From the IMG/VR virus record IMGVR_UViG_3300028364_000013: DNA of 64,000 bases. One strand, given 5' to 3'. Within the stretch, counting starts at the first letter, position 1. The number at the start of each line of letters is the position of its first letter. This stretch comes from a virus. Lineage: Duplodnaviria; Caudoviricetes. The notes below the pieces were generated by a model. That model saw only the letters and a program-made list of their open reading frames with translations. It did no database searches and was not told where the DNA came from. The position numbers were made by a program, and so were the translations under genes. Positions 21,276 to 32,166 of the stretch are shown piece after piece.

Positions 21276-22754
21276 TTAATTAAATTCGTTTTCAACTGGC
21301 GTTTTAGTGTAATCATAAACTTCGCCAAGCGTTTTTCTCATGTCACCTATATTCAAAACCACATCATTTGTTGTAAATTCACAAGGATGTTTATATCCAG
21401 CAGCATGTGTTACTTGAATTATATCTTTCTTTAAGGTATTAATAAAATTTCCAACTCTATCACCCTTCTCGCTAACATTAACCCCTTTTTCCAACCACCA
21501 CTTATGAGTTGCAATCCCAGCTGGACAATTTCCAGTATGACATATTTGCGCTTGAATGCATCCTGCCGAAATCATTACTTCTCTCGCAATGTTGATAACA
21601 TCAGCTCCCATTGCAAATGCTTTAGCAGCTCTTGTTGGATGCCCCAATTTTCCGCTGGCAATCCAAACCATATTATCCATTGCTCCTCTGAGTTGAAATA
21701 TCTTATAGACAGATGTGAATGCATCATCCAAAGGAAGACTCATGTTATCTGCAAACGCTGCAGGAGCAGCTCCAGTTCCACCCTCTCCGCCATCAATTGT
21801 TATAAAATCTGGACCGACACCTCTTGTCATTTTCTGAGCAAGCTCATGCCAAAATTCTAATTTACCGACAGCGGACTTGATTCCAACTGGCAGCCCTGTT
21901 AGCCTCGCAATGTCTTCAATTAAAGCAATCAGCTCATCAACATTTGAAAACGCACTGTGGTATGCGGGGGAATTAACATCTTTCCCCTTTTCAATACCTC
22001 TTATGTCTGCTATTTCTTTTGTTACCTTCTTCCCTGGCAACATTCCACCTTTTCCTGGCTTCGCACCTTGAGATAATTTAATCTCAATCATTTTGATGTT
22101 CTTGCCCGTGTCTATAAGGTGCAGTAATTTATCCATGCTAAATTGTCTGTTCCCATCCCTATCTGTAGTGCCGCATCCAAAATACCCAGTTCCAAAGTGA
22201 AATACAACATCTGCACCTCCTTTGTGATATTTAGAATATCCACCTTCGCCAGTATTGTGATAAGAATTTGATTTATATGCCCCTCTGTTATTTGCTTCAG
22301 TTGCTCTTTTGCCAAGAGAACCATAACTCATCGCTGAGATATTAATTACCGAATTAGGTCTGTATGGCTTTTCTCTTCTCATCCCAATTGTCTTAGCACA
22401 AGGAAGTACGTCTGGAGCAATTGCGTTAATTGTGTTGTTAATGTTCGTTGGAAACGCATTTGTTTTAATAAAGAAGTTTCCACTTTTATCGAAGTCCATG
22501 TCGGAACCAAATCCAGTCAGATTGTTCTGCTTCTTTGCGCTTGCATAAATATAGTTTCTCCAAACCCTATTAAAAGGTCCCTCCTCTCTATTGTTAGCAA
22601 CCCAGTACTGTCGAAGTTCTGGTCCAATCTTCTCAAGGAAATACCTTAACCTCCCAATCAATGGGAAATTGCTTTTGATTGTATGTTTTCTATTAAAGGT
22701 GTCGTAAACCACCAGCAACAATAACAATCCCAATATAGTGTATAATATGTTCAT
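21276..22754 (-). CDS. FMN-binding glutamate synthase family protein
   Basis: SAMSYGSL, NTGEGG, EIKLSQGAKPGKGG, IDGGEGGTGAAP, CHTGNCPAGIATH. Confidence 0.92.
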   Translation of the reverse strand: MNILYTILGLLLLLVVYDTFNRKHTIKSNFPLIGRLRYFLEKIGPELRQYWVANNREEGPFNRVWRNYIYASAKKQNNLTGFGSDMDFDKSGNFFIKTNAFPTNINNTINAIAPDVLPCAKTIGMRREKPYRPNSVINISAMSYGSLGKRATEANNRGAYKSNSYHNTGEGGYSKYHKGGADVVFHFGTGYFGCGTTDRDGNRQFSMDKLLHLIDTGKNIKMIEIKLSQGAKPGKGGMLPGKKVTKEIADIRGIEKGKDVNSPAYHSAFSNVDELIALIEDIARLTGLPVGIKSAVGKLEFWHELAQKMTRGVGPDFITIDGGEGGTGAAPAAFADNMSLPLDDAFTSVYKIFQLRGAMDNMVWIASGKLGHPTRAAKAFAMGADVINIAREVMISAGCIQAQICHTGNCPAGIATHKWWLEKGVNVSEKGDRVGNFINTLKKDIIQVTHAAGYKHPCEFTTNDVVLNIGDMRKTLGEVYDYTKTPVENEFN

Positions 22755-22790
22755 AAAAAACCCGTTTTCATTAGTTATACGAAAACGGGT
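22755..22790 (-). terminator. intrinsic terminator after gltX, overlapping a promoter
   Basis: CCCGTTTTC/GAAAACGGG stem plus U6. Confidence 0.7.
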
Positions 22791-22801
22791 CTATAAATGT
22801 T
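22775..22801 (-). promoter_or_regulatory. ECF-sigma-type promoter (spacer 17)
   Basis: AGAAC-N17-CGTATAA. Confidence 0.65.
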
Positions 22802-22810
22802 CTATTAAAT

Positions 22811-24352
22811 CTACGCTAATTCCTTAATTTTATTAAGTAGAGCTTCAATTCTTGCTTTAGTTTCTTTAGAACCAATTACATACATTACATCTGGCAGTTG
22901 TGGGCCAGAGGCACCTCCACAAATAGCCACTCTAAGCATTGGCATTATTTTACCAACACCAATGTTCATATTACCAGAGATGTGCTCAAGTTCATACCTA
23001 ATGTTCTTGGGTATCCAGTCGTATTCCTCGAAATTACTCATGAAGTCATCAGCTGCAAATACATTCATAACCTTTATAAACTCTTCAACGTTCTTCATCT
23101 TGATTTCACCTTCAAGAGTAGGAGTATTATAAATGTAGCTCAAGCTATCTTTTAGTTCGTGAGAAAATTCAACACGCTCAACAGCCATACTTGCAATTAA
23201 ATCAAGTTTGTCATGGTCCATAGACAAAAGGAAGTCTTCTGGCATATCAGTCATTTCCGACAGAATAGAGTCAGCATCCCTCGACCTTAAGTAATGAGAA
23301 TTGAAGTTCATCAATTTCTTCTTATCGAACATTGCACCAGCCTTATTAACACTTTCAAGACTAAATAAATCAATCATTTCTTTGATTGACATTATTTCTA
23401 CATTGTTCTTAGGATTCCAGCCAAGAAGAACTAAGAAGTTTAAAAGAGCATCTGGCTCGTAACCTTCATGCTTAAACCCAGTTACATGAGCTTTTTTGTC
23501 CTCATGAGTGATATAGTCCCAAGTCAACGGGAAAATAGGGTAGCCATACTTATCTCCATGTCTCTTGCTTAATTTCTTTCCATCATCTCCAAGAAGAAGT
23601 GGTAAGTGAGCAAAAATAGGAGCATCCCATCCAAAAGCTCTATAAATAAGAACATGAAGTGGCGTAGCAGATAACCACTCTTCACCACGAATAACATGAC
23701 TAATTTCCATTAACTTATCATCAACAATATTTGCAAGATGATAAGTAGGGAGTCCGTCAGAAGATTTCCAGATAACTTTGTCATCAAGGTCTTTCGTATT
23801 GAACTTAACCCATCCTCTAACTTCATCATGAAACTTAATATCTTCAGCTCTTGGCATTTTAAACCTAATTGTATACGCTTCTCCAGCATCAATCTTAGCT
23901 TTAGCATCACTGGCAGACATTGTTAGTGAGTTTTTCATTCTTTCTCTAACAACGCCAGTGTAACCACCTTTAACTCCAGCAGCCTCAAAGTCATCTCGCA
24001 TCTTTGTCAAGTCTTCTTTTGTATCAAATGCATAATAAGCATTTCCAGACTCAACAAGCATTTCAACATGCTCTTTGTAAATATCTTTTCTTTCAGATTG
24101 GATGTATGGCCCATGGTCACCACCTATGCCGTAACCTTCGTCTGGACTTATTCCAAGCCACTTAAGAGAGTCTGTTACATAATCAATTGCTCCATCAACC
24201 TCTCTGCTTGAGTCGGTATCTTCAATCCTTAAAATAAAATCGCCCCCATGCTTCTTGGCAAAGAGGTAATTAAATAAAGCAGTTCTCACGCCACCTATAT
24301 GCAAAGGTCCCGTGGGACTTGGTGCAAATCTTACTCTTATTTTCTTATCCAT
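22811..24352 (-). CDS. gltX: glutamyl-tRNA synthetase
   Basis: RFAPSPTG, HIGG, RIEDTD, IRGEEW, KLSKR. Confidence 0.97.
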   Translation of the reverse strand: MDKKIRVRFAPSPTGPLHIGGVRTALFNYLFAKKHGGDFILRIEDTDSSREVDGAIDYVTDSLKWLGISPDEGYGIGGDHGPYIQSERKDIYKEHVEMLVESGNAYYAFDTKEDLTKMRDDFEAAGVKGGYTGVVRERMKNSLTMSASDAKAKIDAGEAYTIRFKMPRAEDIKFHDEVRGWVKFNTKDLDDKVIWKSSDGLPTYHLANIVDDKLMEISHVIRGEEWLSATPLHVLIYRAFGWDAPIFAHLPLLLGDDGKKLSKRHGDKYGYPIFPLTWDYITHEDKKAHVTGFKHEGYEPDALLNFLVLLGWNPKNNVEIMSIKEMIDLFSLESVNKAGAMFDKKKLMNFNSHYLRSRDADSILSEMTDMPEDFLLSMDHDKLDLIASMAVERVEFSHELKDSLSYIYNTPTLEGEIKMKNVEEFIKVMNVFAADDFMSNFEEYDWIPKNIRYELEHISGNMNIGVGKIMPMLRVAICGGASGPQLPDVMYVIGSKETKARIEALLNKIKELA

Positions 24353-24358
24353 AATTTA

Positions 24359-24384
24359 TTATACGATATTTTGATTAAAATGTT
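24359..24384 (-). promoter_or_regulatory. ECF-sigma-type promoter
   Basis: AGAAC-N16-CGTATAA, 6 nt above the gltX ATG. Confidence 0.75.
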
Positions 24385-24791
24385 CTTGTAGAACCTGAAA
24401 AACTATTGAATATTCTCTTTCTCTCCATGAAATTCTCAAAGTACTCTTTAGATTCCTTAAATCCCATGCCAGTATTTTCCTTTACAAACTTAACCGCTGC
24501 AAGTTTAGATTTGCCACCATCAGATAGCCTAACCATGTTTCTTTCTAAGAATTTTCTGTCGCTGTCGTCTCTTATATCCAATTTCTTAACTCCAGCAGCA
24601 ACAAGATGAGGTTTTGAAGAAGGGAAAGCAGTCGCATACATTTCTTCAAGAATATCATGCTGCTCCTTTGTTACTTGGTGATTTGTTTTAAACCTTCTCC
24701 ACTCAACTCCGTTTTTCAAAACCAATCTCTTATATTTCTTTTTTCCAGTGAAGATAACTTCTCCAGATTCTATTTTTTCTGTTAATACCAT
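24375..24791 (-). CDS. protein with a ribosomal bL12 C-terminal-domain-like motif
   Basis: KLAAVKFVKENTGMGFKESKEY resembles bL12 [22 protein letters not shown]. Confidence 0.6.
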   Translation of the reverse strand: MVLTEKIESGEVIFTGKKKYKRLVLKNGVEWRRFKTNHQVTKEQHDILEEMYATAFPSSKPHLVAAGVKKLDIRDDSDRKFLERNMVRLSDGGKSKLAAVKFVKENTGMGFKESKEYFENFMERKRIFNSFSGSTRTF

Positions 24792-25135
24792 TACTTATGT
24801 TTTAAAGTTATTTCACCTTGCTTAATCTCAATGATTACAGCTATCGTGTTTAATGTGTTTGTGGGTGTCCAATCAATTCCTCTAAGAACTTTTTCTCTTT
24901 CAGCTCCTTCAAGACCAGGAAGTGTCTGTTCCATATACTCTTCTGGAGTCAGCTTTTTTACAAACTTCTTATTGAATTCAGCCTTAGTCATACCATAATG
25001 ATAATAACCATTCTCATCAACAATATCAGTCCTATCTCCGTTAGTAGGAGGTATGGCCATCATATTAGTTCTAACCAACTCTTGGCCTCCAACAGTATAG
25101 CTATCTCTTATATTTAATGTCCACTTATTCTTCAT
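24791..25135 (-). CDS. hypothetical protein
   Basis: Co-oriented 114-aa ORF. Confidence 0.6.
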   Translation of the reverse strand: MKNKWTLNIRDSYTVGGQELVRTNMMAIPPTNGDRTDIVDENGYYHYGMTKAEFNKKFVKKLTPEEYMEQTLPGLEGAEREKVLRGIDWTPTNTLNTIAVIIEIKQGEITLKHK

Positions 25136-25586
25136 ACTTCTTTAAATCTGTCAATAATCTAAGCTTGCCAACAACTGGCTCACAATCTTCAACGTAATTA
25201 GGACCAACTGCAATGCAGGTAAAATTCTCTCCCTCTAACCCATAAAGACCAGCGTCCTTTATCAAAGAAACATTAAGACCAGCCTCTTTAGCTTGGTTAT
25301 ATACTTTTAGAAGTTGACCTTCATTTTTTACTTTCTTGGCAATCTTTGTAAACTTACCCTTCATCCATTGCCTTTCTTCATGCGTACCTTCAAAAGAAAA
25401 AGTTCCAGCAATACCTTCTTCATCACTATTACCTGGAGCACCAGGACAAGTTCCTGTTTTTTCTCTAAAAGTCATTTTATCAAAAAACACTTTTAAGCAT
25501 GCATGAGCAGCTTGTGCCGCAACCTTTCCTGCATTCATTGGAAGGTCTGTTCTTACGATTATATATTGCTTAACCTGCTTTTCCAT
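25125..25586 (-). CDS. peptidyl-tRNA hydrolase, PTH2 family
   Basis: IIVRTDL, GKVAAQAAHA, IKDAG, TCIAVGP; start MEKQVK. Confidence 0.9.
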   Translation of the reverse strand: MEKQVKQYIIVRTDLPMNAGKVAAQAAHACLKVFFDKMTFREKTGTCPGAPGNSDEEGIAGTFSFEGTHEERQWMKGKFTKIAKKVKNEGQLLKVYNQAKEAGLNVSLIKDAGLYGLEGENFTCIAVGPNYVEDCEPVVGKLRLLTDLKKYEE

Positions 25587-26091
25587 CTTCAATTCTTTTG
25601 TTAACAACTTTCTCCCACTTAACATTCTTTACAGCAATCTTATCAACCACTTCCGATTCTTTAATACCATAATAACTTGCCAGGCTCAACACTTTTGAAA
25701 TGCATGTGTTGAATTGGTAAATCAACTCTGGATGATTCTTTTCGAACCTATAACAAATACCTCCAACATATTTATTAACCTTGATTAATAAGTTCTCTGG
25801 GCGAGTGCCATCTGGCTTGTGAGAACCATCTCTAAATTCATCTTTGAAATGGTCGTAGTCAAGCTCGTAAGTGTCAGCAAAAGAAAGCAAGCACTGAATT
25901 GTGTCTGCAGCCTCTTCTTTGATTTCCTCAAGAATCTCATCTGGAGTTAGATTTGTCGCTTTTCTTCCAAGCTTCATATTGACAGCACGAGAAAACTCTC
26001 CTGCCTCTTCAAAAAACTTACACAACCTAAGTTCTGAAGTTGCTGGGTCAAGAGCGTTAATTCTTTGAATATCTTTATAAACTTCTTTCAT
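25570..26091 (-). CDS. MazG-like NTP pyrophosphohydrolase
   Basis: EEAGEF...EEAAD motif. Confidence 0.7.
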   Translation of the reverse strand: MKEVYKDIQRINALDPATSELRLCKFFEEAGEFSRAVNMKLGRKATNLTPDEILEEIKEEAADTIQCLLSFADTYELDYDHFKDEFRDGSHKPDGTRPENLLIKVNKYVGGICYRFEKNHPELIYQFNTCISKVLSLASYYGIKESEVVDKIAVKNVKWEKVVNKRIEDGKAG

Positions 26092-26599
26092 TATTTTTGT
26101 TTAATGCGTATTTTTCTCTAAATTTCCAAACCGTCTCCTGCGCTCTATACAAAGCAACGCTTAATTCAGTCATTTCCTCAATGGTTTCAACCATATAAGC
26201 ATTTGGAAGGTCTAATTGTTTGAAATGTGCCAAAACAAGAGCTCTTGCTCTAATAGATTCCTTTGCAGCAACTTCATTGTCCATTAACTCTGGAGAAAGT
26301 TCTTTTTCAATCAAAAAGATAAAGTCTCTTGAACTATTGAACTTCATTGCTTGAGCAATTGAGAATCCAGTCTCAGCTAAACTACCAGTACCATAAGTTT
26401 CTCCTAACACTGGAAAAAGTACTATCTGGTCTGTAGCAAGATGCTCTGCTTCAATATCAGCAAGCTCTGGCTTCCAATCATCAACTTGAGGATTGAAAAA
26501 CTCAATATTTTCTTTTTCATATGCAGGAATTAACACCTCCTTTCTAAATGTAGAATTCCCACATGTACCAAACATTCCTATTACTAGCTTCTTTTTCAT
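26075..26599 (-). CDS. nucleoside 2-deoxyribosyltransferase-like protein
   Basis: FGTCG...FFNPQVDDW...SLAETG. Confidence 0.6.
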   Translation of the reverse strand: MKKKLVIGMFGTCGNSTFRKEVLIPAYEKENIEFFNPQVDDWKPELADIEAEHLATDQIVLFPVLGETYGTGSLAETGFSIAQAMKFNSSRDFIFLIEKELSPELMDNEVAAKESIRARALVLAHFKQLDLPNAYMVETIEEMTELSVALYRAQETVWKFREKYALNKNNERSL

Positions 26600-26602
26600 A
26601 TC

Positions 26603-28000
26603 TTATAATTTACCTGGTGTTCTTGGGAAAAGAGTCACATCTTTTATGTTCTTCATACCCGTTGCAAATTGAACCAATCTTTCAAACCCTAATCCGAAAC
26701 CAGAGTGAGGTGCTGAGCCAAATCGTCTTGTATCAAGATACCAACTCATTTCTTCATGAGATATTCCAAATGCAGTCATTTTATCTTCAAGCACACCAAG
26801 TCTTTCTTCTCTCTGACTTCCGCCAACTATTTCTCCAATTCCAGGAAAAAGAATATCCATTGCAGCAACAGTTTTTCCATCTTCGTTATCACGCATATAG
26901 AATGCTTTGATTTCTTTTGGATAATCTGTAACAATTACTGGAACCCCTTTGAAGTGTTTCTCAACAAGATACCTTTCATGCTCTGACTGGAAATCCATTC
27001 CCCAATCTTCTACTGGGAATTCAAATTTACCTTTCTTTGCTGGCTTTGAGTTCTTAAGAATATCAAAAGCTTCAGTATATGTAACTCTTTCAAACTTGGT
27101 AATAGCTACATCTTCGAGCTTATCTCTAAGAGGAATACTTCTATCCTCTTTTTTCATGTTCTTTTCCTCTTCTTGAATATACTCATCAAGATAATCAATT
27201 TCAGCAGAACACTTCTGCAAAACATATCCTATAACATTTCTAAGATATGCTTCAGCAAGCATTGCTGTATAGTCAAGGTCGGCAAATGAAATCTCTGGCT
27301 CAATCATCCAGAACTCAGCAAGATGTCTTGATGTCTGACTTTTCTCTGCCCTAAATGTTGGACCGAATGTATAAACTCTACCAAGCCCAAGAGCTGCAGT
27401 TTCAGCTTCAAGTTGTCCAGACACAGTTAGACCCGCATCCTTTCCAAAAAACTCAATAGCCTCATCTACTCTAAACATTTCTCCAGCTCCTTCACAATCA
27501 CTTCCGCTTATAATAGGTGTATCAACCTGAATGAAACCTCCTCTATCGAAAAACTCGTGAGTCGCCATCTTAAGTTGGTGTCTTATTCTGAATATTGCTT
27601 GAAATAACTTTGTTCTTGTTCTTAGATGTGGATGAGCTCTAAAAAACTCCATCGAGTGTCTTTTTGGTTGCATTGGATAATCTTCTCCAGCTGCCCCTAT
27701 CAACTCTACAAATGCAGCATCAAAATCAACAGCTTGTTCTGAACCTTTTGATTCAACAGCTGCTCCAACAACTCTAATTGACGCTCCAGATGAAAATCTA
27801 GTTAAGTCAATTCCAAGTTCAGCACTAACAACCACTTGTAGGTTTTCAAACGTAGAGCCATCATAAAATACAATAAAAGAAACATTCTTGCTACCTCTTA
27901 TCGTTCTTATCCATCCAAATAATTCTACTTCTTCTCCAAATTTAATTAGAGGCATCTGCTCTGATGCTGTCAATATTGAAAATACACTTGCTCGTTTCAT
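26603..28000 (-). CDS. asnS: asparaginyl-tRNA synthetase
   Basis: GWIRTIR OB fold, LTVSGQL, FRAEKSQTSRHLAEFWMIEPE, GGSQREER, GFGLGFER. Confidence 0.95.
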   Translation of the reverse strand: MKRASVFSILTASEQMPLIKFGEEVELFGWIRTIRGSKNVSFIVFYDGSTFENLQVVVSAELGIDLTRFSSGASIRVVGAAVESKGSEQAVDFDAAFVELIGAAGEDYPMQPKRHSMEFFRAHPHLRTRTKLFQAIFRIRHQLKMATHEFFDRGGFIQVDTPIISGSDCEGAGEMFRVDEAIEFFGKDAGLTVSGQLEAETAALGLGRVYTFGPTFRAEKSQTSRHLAEFWMIEPEISFADLDYTAMLAEAYLRNVIGYVLQKCSAEIDYLDEYIQEEEKNMKKEDRSIPLRDKLEDVAITKFERVTYTEAFDILKNSKPAKKGKFEFPVEDWGMDFQSEHERYLVEKHFKGVPVIVTDYPKEIKAFYMRDNEDGKTVAAMDILFPGIGEIVGGSQREERLGVLEDKMTAFGISHEEMSWYLDTRRFGSAPHSGFGLGFERLVQFATGMKNIKDVTLFPRTPGKL

Positions 28001-28029
28001 AATTTTTTTTATATTCTGTCCACAATACA

Positions 28030-28055
28030 TTATACGCAAAATATGAGCAAATGTT
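28030..28055 (-). promoter_or_regulatory. ECF-sigma-type promoter
   Basis: GTAAAC-N16-CGTATAA upstream of asnS. Confidence 0.75.
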
Positions 28056-28235
28056 TACTTGTTAGCCTTTTTTATTTTCTCAATGAAAATTTTATTAATT
28101 TTTGATGGCGACTTTCCACCTGGATAATCTTCCATAAAGTGATGATTTCTAACAAAGTGTTCAGCACCCCAAGGATAAGTATCAACTACTCCTATGTACC
28201 TTCCTTGTTCGTACCATTGCCCTTTTGTGTAAATG

Positions 28236-29216
28236 TCATTTTCCATCTCTTGATTCTTTGTTGAGTTTATATAAATCTTCCGCTAAGGTATGAATTTTTT
28301 CTGACCAAGTAATCTTTTCTCTCCAAGGAATTGCATTTAATCCATAATATGCTCCTGCAATCTGTCCATAGACAGCTCCAGTTGTATCTGTGTCATCTCC
28401 AAGAGAAACAACTTTTTTAAGACCTTCTTTGTATGAATCAGTATTCAAAAAAGCCCAAAGAGCAGCTTCCAATGTGAGCACACAATATCCATCACCACTA
28501 ATTTTGTCTGATAAATAACCAGAATACTTCATCTCCTTGATGTCTTCTATTTTTCCATTATTATGACAACCATACTTGGAATACATCTCTTGATAATAAT
28601 TCTTTCCATTTTCATCGAAAAGATATTCAAATTTCAAAATTCTCGTCTTATCTCTTTCTCCAGAAAGTATTTTGTCAATAATTGCCCCCATAAGCATGGT
28701 GCATTCTATTGATTGACTCGATGGGTGTGTCATTCTTGATTGCTCAGCGCATGATGCCAGGACCGAATTTACATTACCATGAAGAATCATTGGAATGGCT
28801 CCCATTCTCATAAGAACCCCATTTCCTGCAGCTTGAGTGTCTTTTACATATTCTCTACCTTGAGTCATGTTAAACCACCCAAGAGCTTTCCTTGTTGCTC
28901 CTCCAATGTCGAAGCACTCTCCAGTAACAGAATTATACCCTTGTTGCCACCAGTTGATGTATTTCTTCATCTGGTCACGAGGGTCCCAACCTTTCTCAAC
29001 TAATGATTCTGCAAGACAAAGAGCCATTGACGTGTCATCAGTCCAATCTCCTGGTTGAAGCTTAAACGGTCCGCCTCCAACAATTTCATCTGGCAGCTCG
29101 TTTTCATCTGGCATTTGATTTCTACCTCTAAATTCGTATGTGGTTCCATAGGCATCGCCTACAGCAAGACCAACCAAGCAGCCCATTACCATATCTTTCT
29201 TTCTATCTTCTGTCAT
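28236..29216 (-). CDS. ADP-ribosylglycohydrolase
   Basis: AVGDAYG, WTDDTSM, GNGVLMR, GDDTDTTGA. Confidence 0.95.
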   Translation of the reverse strand: MTEDRKKDMVMGCLVGLAVGDAYGTTYEFRGRNQMPDENELPDEIVGGGPFKLQPGDWTDDTSMALCLAESLVEKGWDPRDQMKKYINWWQQGYNSVTGECFDIGGATRKALGWFNMTQGREYVKDTQAAGNGVLMRMGAIPMILHGNVNSVLASCAEQSRMTHPSSQSIECTMLMGAIIDKILSGERDKTRILKFEYLFDENGKNYYQEMYSKYGCHNNGKIEDIKEMKYSGYLSDKISGDGYCVLTLEAALWAFLNTDSYKEGLKKVVSLGDDTDTTGAVYGQIAGAYYGLNAIPWREKITWSEKIHTLAEDLYKLNKESRDGK

Positions 29217-29222
29217 ATTGTT

Positions 29223-31146
29223 TTATTTTGATAGCTTGCAGTCTTCTAAATCCTTCACCTCTCCATAATAAGTTTTTCTGTATTCATGTAAAGTTTTTAT
29301 TGGAAATAAACCGAAAAAAAACACCTTAATTCTTACTACTGGGACTTTTAATCTTCCCATTTTTTTATGGTATCTATTTTCGTATTTAGTTTTTCTTTTT
29401 ATTTTTAAAAACATATTTTTATTTTTCAAGCGCTTTATGAGCTGACTCTAAATTATCAATTTTAACCCAAGATGTAGCAACAAAACAATTCACACACCTA
29501 TGGTCTCTGAAGAGTCTACCCCAAGTATACTCCATATTACCACCTCTTGCTTTTCGAGCATCAAGGTCAACAAAAGAATATGTTTTATTGTCTTTATTTA
29601 GTTGAAGCCGCTCTCCATCATCAACTCTATCTATGATAAATGGAACATATCCCATATTAAATTCAGCAACATCCACTACTTCGTCATCTTCAAAATCTTG
29701 AAGGAACTTATCAAAAAAATCTTTATTACGCTTCGGGGTCATATAATGTATATTTAGCAGTTAATTCTTCTCCAGCCTCAATGCCTCTTAGGGTCTCAAA
29801 GAAGATATATTTTTCTTCGTGGATTACAACGCAATTTGGGCCCTTAGAGTTGTGGTTGAAAAATCCTCCAATTGGAAGCCTTATTAGACCGTCTTCAAAA
29901 ATAGGGTCATCTGTCACAACATGCGTCATCCACCTTGTTCCCTTTAAAATTGCTATGTTTGCAAACAAGCCCAACTCGCTCCTGCCAGTTATGTCACTTA
30001 AATATTTGCTTTCTCTAATTCCAACTTCTGGAGGTAATGGTCTGTAATGGCTCATAATTTATTTTCTAATTCCTAAGCGCAAATTTAATACATATTCATG
30101 AGAACTCAAAATTCTTGACTCACAAACTTTATTTGAAATAAGAGTTGTTTGTCCTTGGAATCTGGAAGCTATGAATTTTCTTTGCTCTTCAAGCATTGTG
30201 TTAACTTCCTCAACTGTGTAAGAAGTTCTGTTCATAAATAACATAACCTCTGCTCTTTCGTTCTCTGTTAGAGAGCCCCAGGACTTCGGATTGCATACTT
30301 TCTCCCATTCTAAATTCATAATTTTTGTTTTAACTCTTTTCAAAAACTCTATTGCATTCTTCTCTTTTAATTGAGAACACAAAATCACTATTCAAATCTT
30401 TGCAAAATAATACTTCACCAAAATCGTTCTTAATTTCCACGTTCCACTTGCTTATTATATCAAAACCAATATAGTCTTCTCCAGTATTTGGAAATGTTAT
30501 TATTACTTTATCTTCCAATGTTTTTGTTCTTGGTATTCCACATTTATCCAACCACCTTCTCCAGTTTTACTGCTAAACCAATCATTAGCTCTCTTTCTAC
30601 ATAAAAAACTACTCATAGACCTCTTACCTGTCACAGTATCTCCACTACCATCATCTTTTTCCTCTTCACCAACTCCAACATATTTATCTATATAAATCTG
30701 GTATCTCTCTTCTGTAGTCAACTCAATCATATTTCTCTTTTATTAATTTCGTGCTGAATTCTGCTTGCTTCTTCATACTCCTCTTTTTCAATTGCGCTAT
30801 CAAGGTCGCATACAAGAGCAGTGTCAGACATGCTATCATATTTGCTTCTCGGCATTGCGTTAACTATGGTTATTGGGTCTATGTAGTGAGCCCATCCATT
30901 TTCAAATTTGTGAAGCGGAAGACTGACTGGTTTTCCTTTCTCCAACAGATAAGTAAATGAATCAGTCGGCTCAAAATAAGCACAACCGTTTGCTATTCCA
31001 ATGAATATCATTTTCTCACCAACATAGGCACCATCGTAATCAAGGCCGCCCATAAACATGACTTGGTTAATCTTAACCACTGGTTCAATCCTGGTAACTA
31101 TATCACCAGGCTTGAAATCATAAATTGATTTTGGTTCTTGTTTCAT
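29223..31146 (-). CDS. run of small hypothetical ORFs (29223..29429, 29419..29742, 30059..30388, 30330..30551, 30503..30730, 30727..31146)
   Basis: Tightly packed or overlapping co-oriented ORFs without recognisable motifs. Confidence 0.5.
29726..30055 (-). CDS. SET-domain protein
   Basis: GLFA, FFNHNSKGPN, ELTAKY. Confidence 0.8.
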   Translation of the reverse strand: MSHYRPLPPEVGIRESKYLSDITGRSELGLFANIAILKGTRWMTHVVTDDPIFEDGLIRLPIGGFFNHNSKGPNCVVIHEEKYIFFETLRGIEAGEELTAKYTLYDPEA

Positions 31147-31210
31147 AAAATATCTTTTTATAAATATAGAAATTCAATGGCACTAAATCAAAATTATTTC
31201 AATTTGTTAT

Positions 31211-31879
31211 TTATTTTTCATATGACTTGAGCCATTTTCTAATAGCATTATCAGACACGCCATACTTTCTGCCAGTGGCAGAATACCCTAATTCGTCTAT
31301 TTCCTGTTTAAGTTGTGCAAACGGAGGTCGTTTAACTATTCTTTTTTTAAAATCAGATTTTTCCCTAATACTTGGGTCTTTTTTTTGTTTTGGTTTTGCA
31401 TTATGTTTACCGCAGTGAGTTGGAAGTGTTGCATTACAATTTGCGCAAACAATTCTGAGATTTTCAAGTCGATTATCATTATAGACCCCATTGATATGGT
31501 CGATAATTAAACTCATCTTCTTTCCCATCCAAATCTCGCCCTGGCCACAACCTGACATCTCGCATTTTTTTTCCTTTAAGCCCTCTTCATATAATCTCTT
31601 TTTTAAATGAGTCCTTCCATATGTTGAATCTTCGATAAGTATTTCTGAAAGAGGTTTCTTTCTTCTTAAAGCATTAGCGCCTAATGACCTTTTATATATT
31701 TCATCTCTTGTCTCAAAATGAGATGTATCAATACAGTGCATTTTTACATATTTGTGAAATACTTTATAGTTTCCACCTGCAGCTCTTAAATCTAAGTTTT
31801 TTAGCGCCCCTTTTATTGACCTTGCACTCTTTATTGCTTTCTCAAAATTTTCTTTTGAGTATCTTTCTTGTCTATTCAT
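31211..31879 (-). CDS. HNH homing endonuclease
   Basis: IDHING...DNRLENLRIVCANCNA; C-terminal HTH (YGVSDNAIRKW). Confidence 0.88.
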   Translation of the reverse strand: MNRQERYSKENFEKAIKSARSIKGALKNLDLRAAGGNYKVFHKYVKMHCIDTSHFETRDEIYKRSLGANALRRKKPLSEILIEDSTYGRTHLKKRLYEEGLKEKKCEMSGCGQGEIWMGKKMSLIIDHINGVYNDNRLENLRIVCANCNATLPTHCGKHNAKPKQKKDPSIREKSDFKKRIVKRPPFAQLKQEIDELGYSATGRKYGVSDNAIRKWLKSYEK

Positions 31880-31944
31880 ATTTATAAATAGACAATAAAA
31901 AAGGAAACACTATTGTTCGAACCTAATAACGTGTTTCCTTCTTG

Positions 31945-32020
31945 CTGCTCAGGAAGGCTTCGAACCTCCAAAAACTCCACATTCAAAGTGTGGCGACTTT
32001 ACCAATTTGTCCACTGAGCA
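31945..32020 (-). tRNA. tRNA-Gln(UUG)
   Basis: TGCTCAG/CTGAGCA acceptor, CCACA-CTTTGAA-TGTGG, TTCGAAG T loop. Confidence 0.9.
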
Positions 32021-32026
32021 ATTTAG

Positions 32027-32100
32027 TTGTAAGAGAAGGCTTCGAACCCTCAAATTCTCGATTCAGAGTCGAGTGACTTTACCAGTTTGTCTATCCTACA
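32027..32100 (-). tRNA. tRNA-Gln(CUG)
   Basis: CTCGA-CTCTGAA-TCGAG anticodon arm, full cloverleaf. Confidence 0.9.
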
Positions 32101-32166
32101 ATATCGCACACATTACTAATATCCCAACCCCTGCAGAGGTTGTCGTTCATAAAGCATATGCATACT

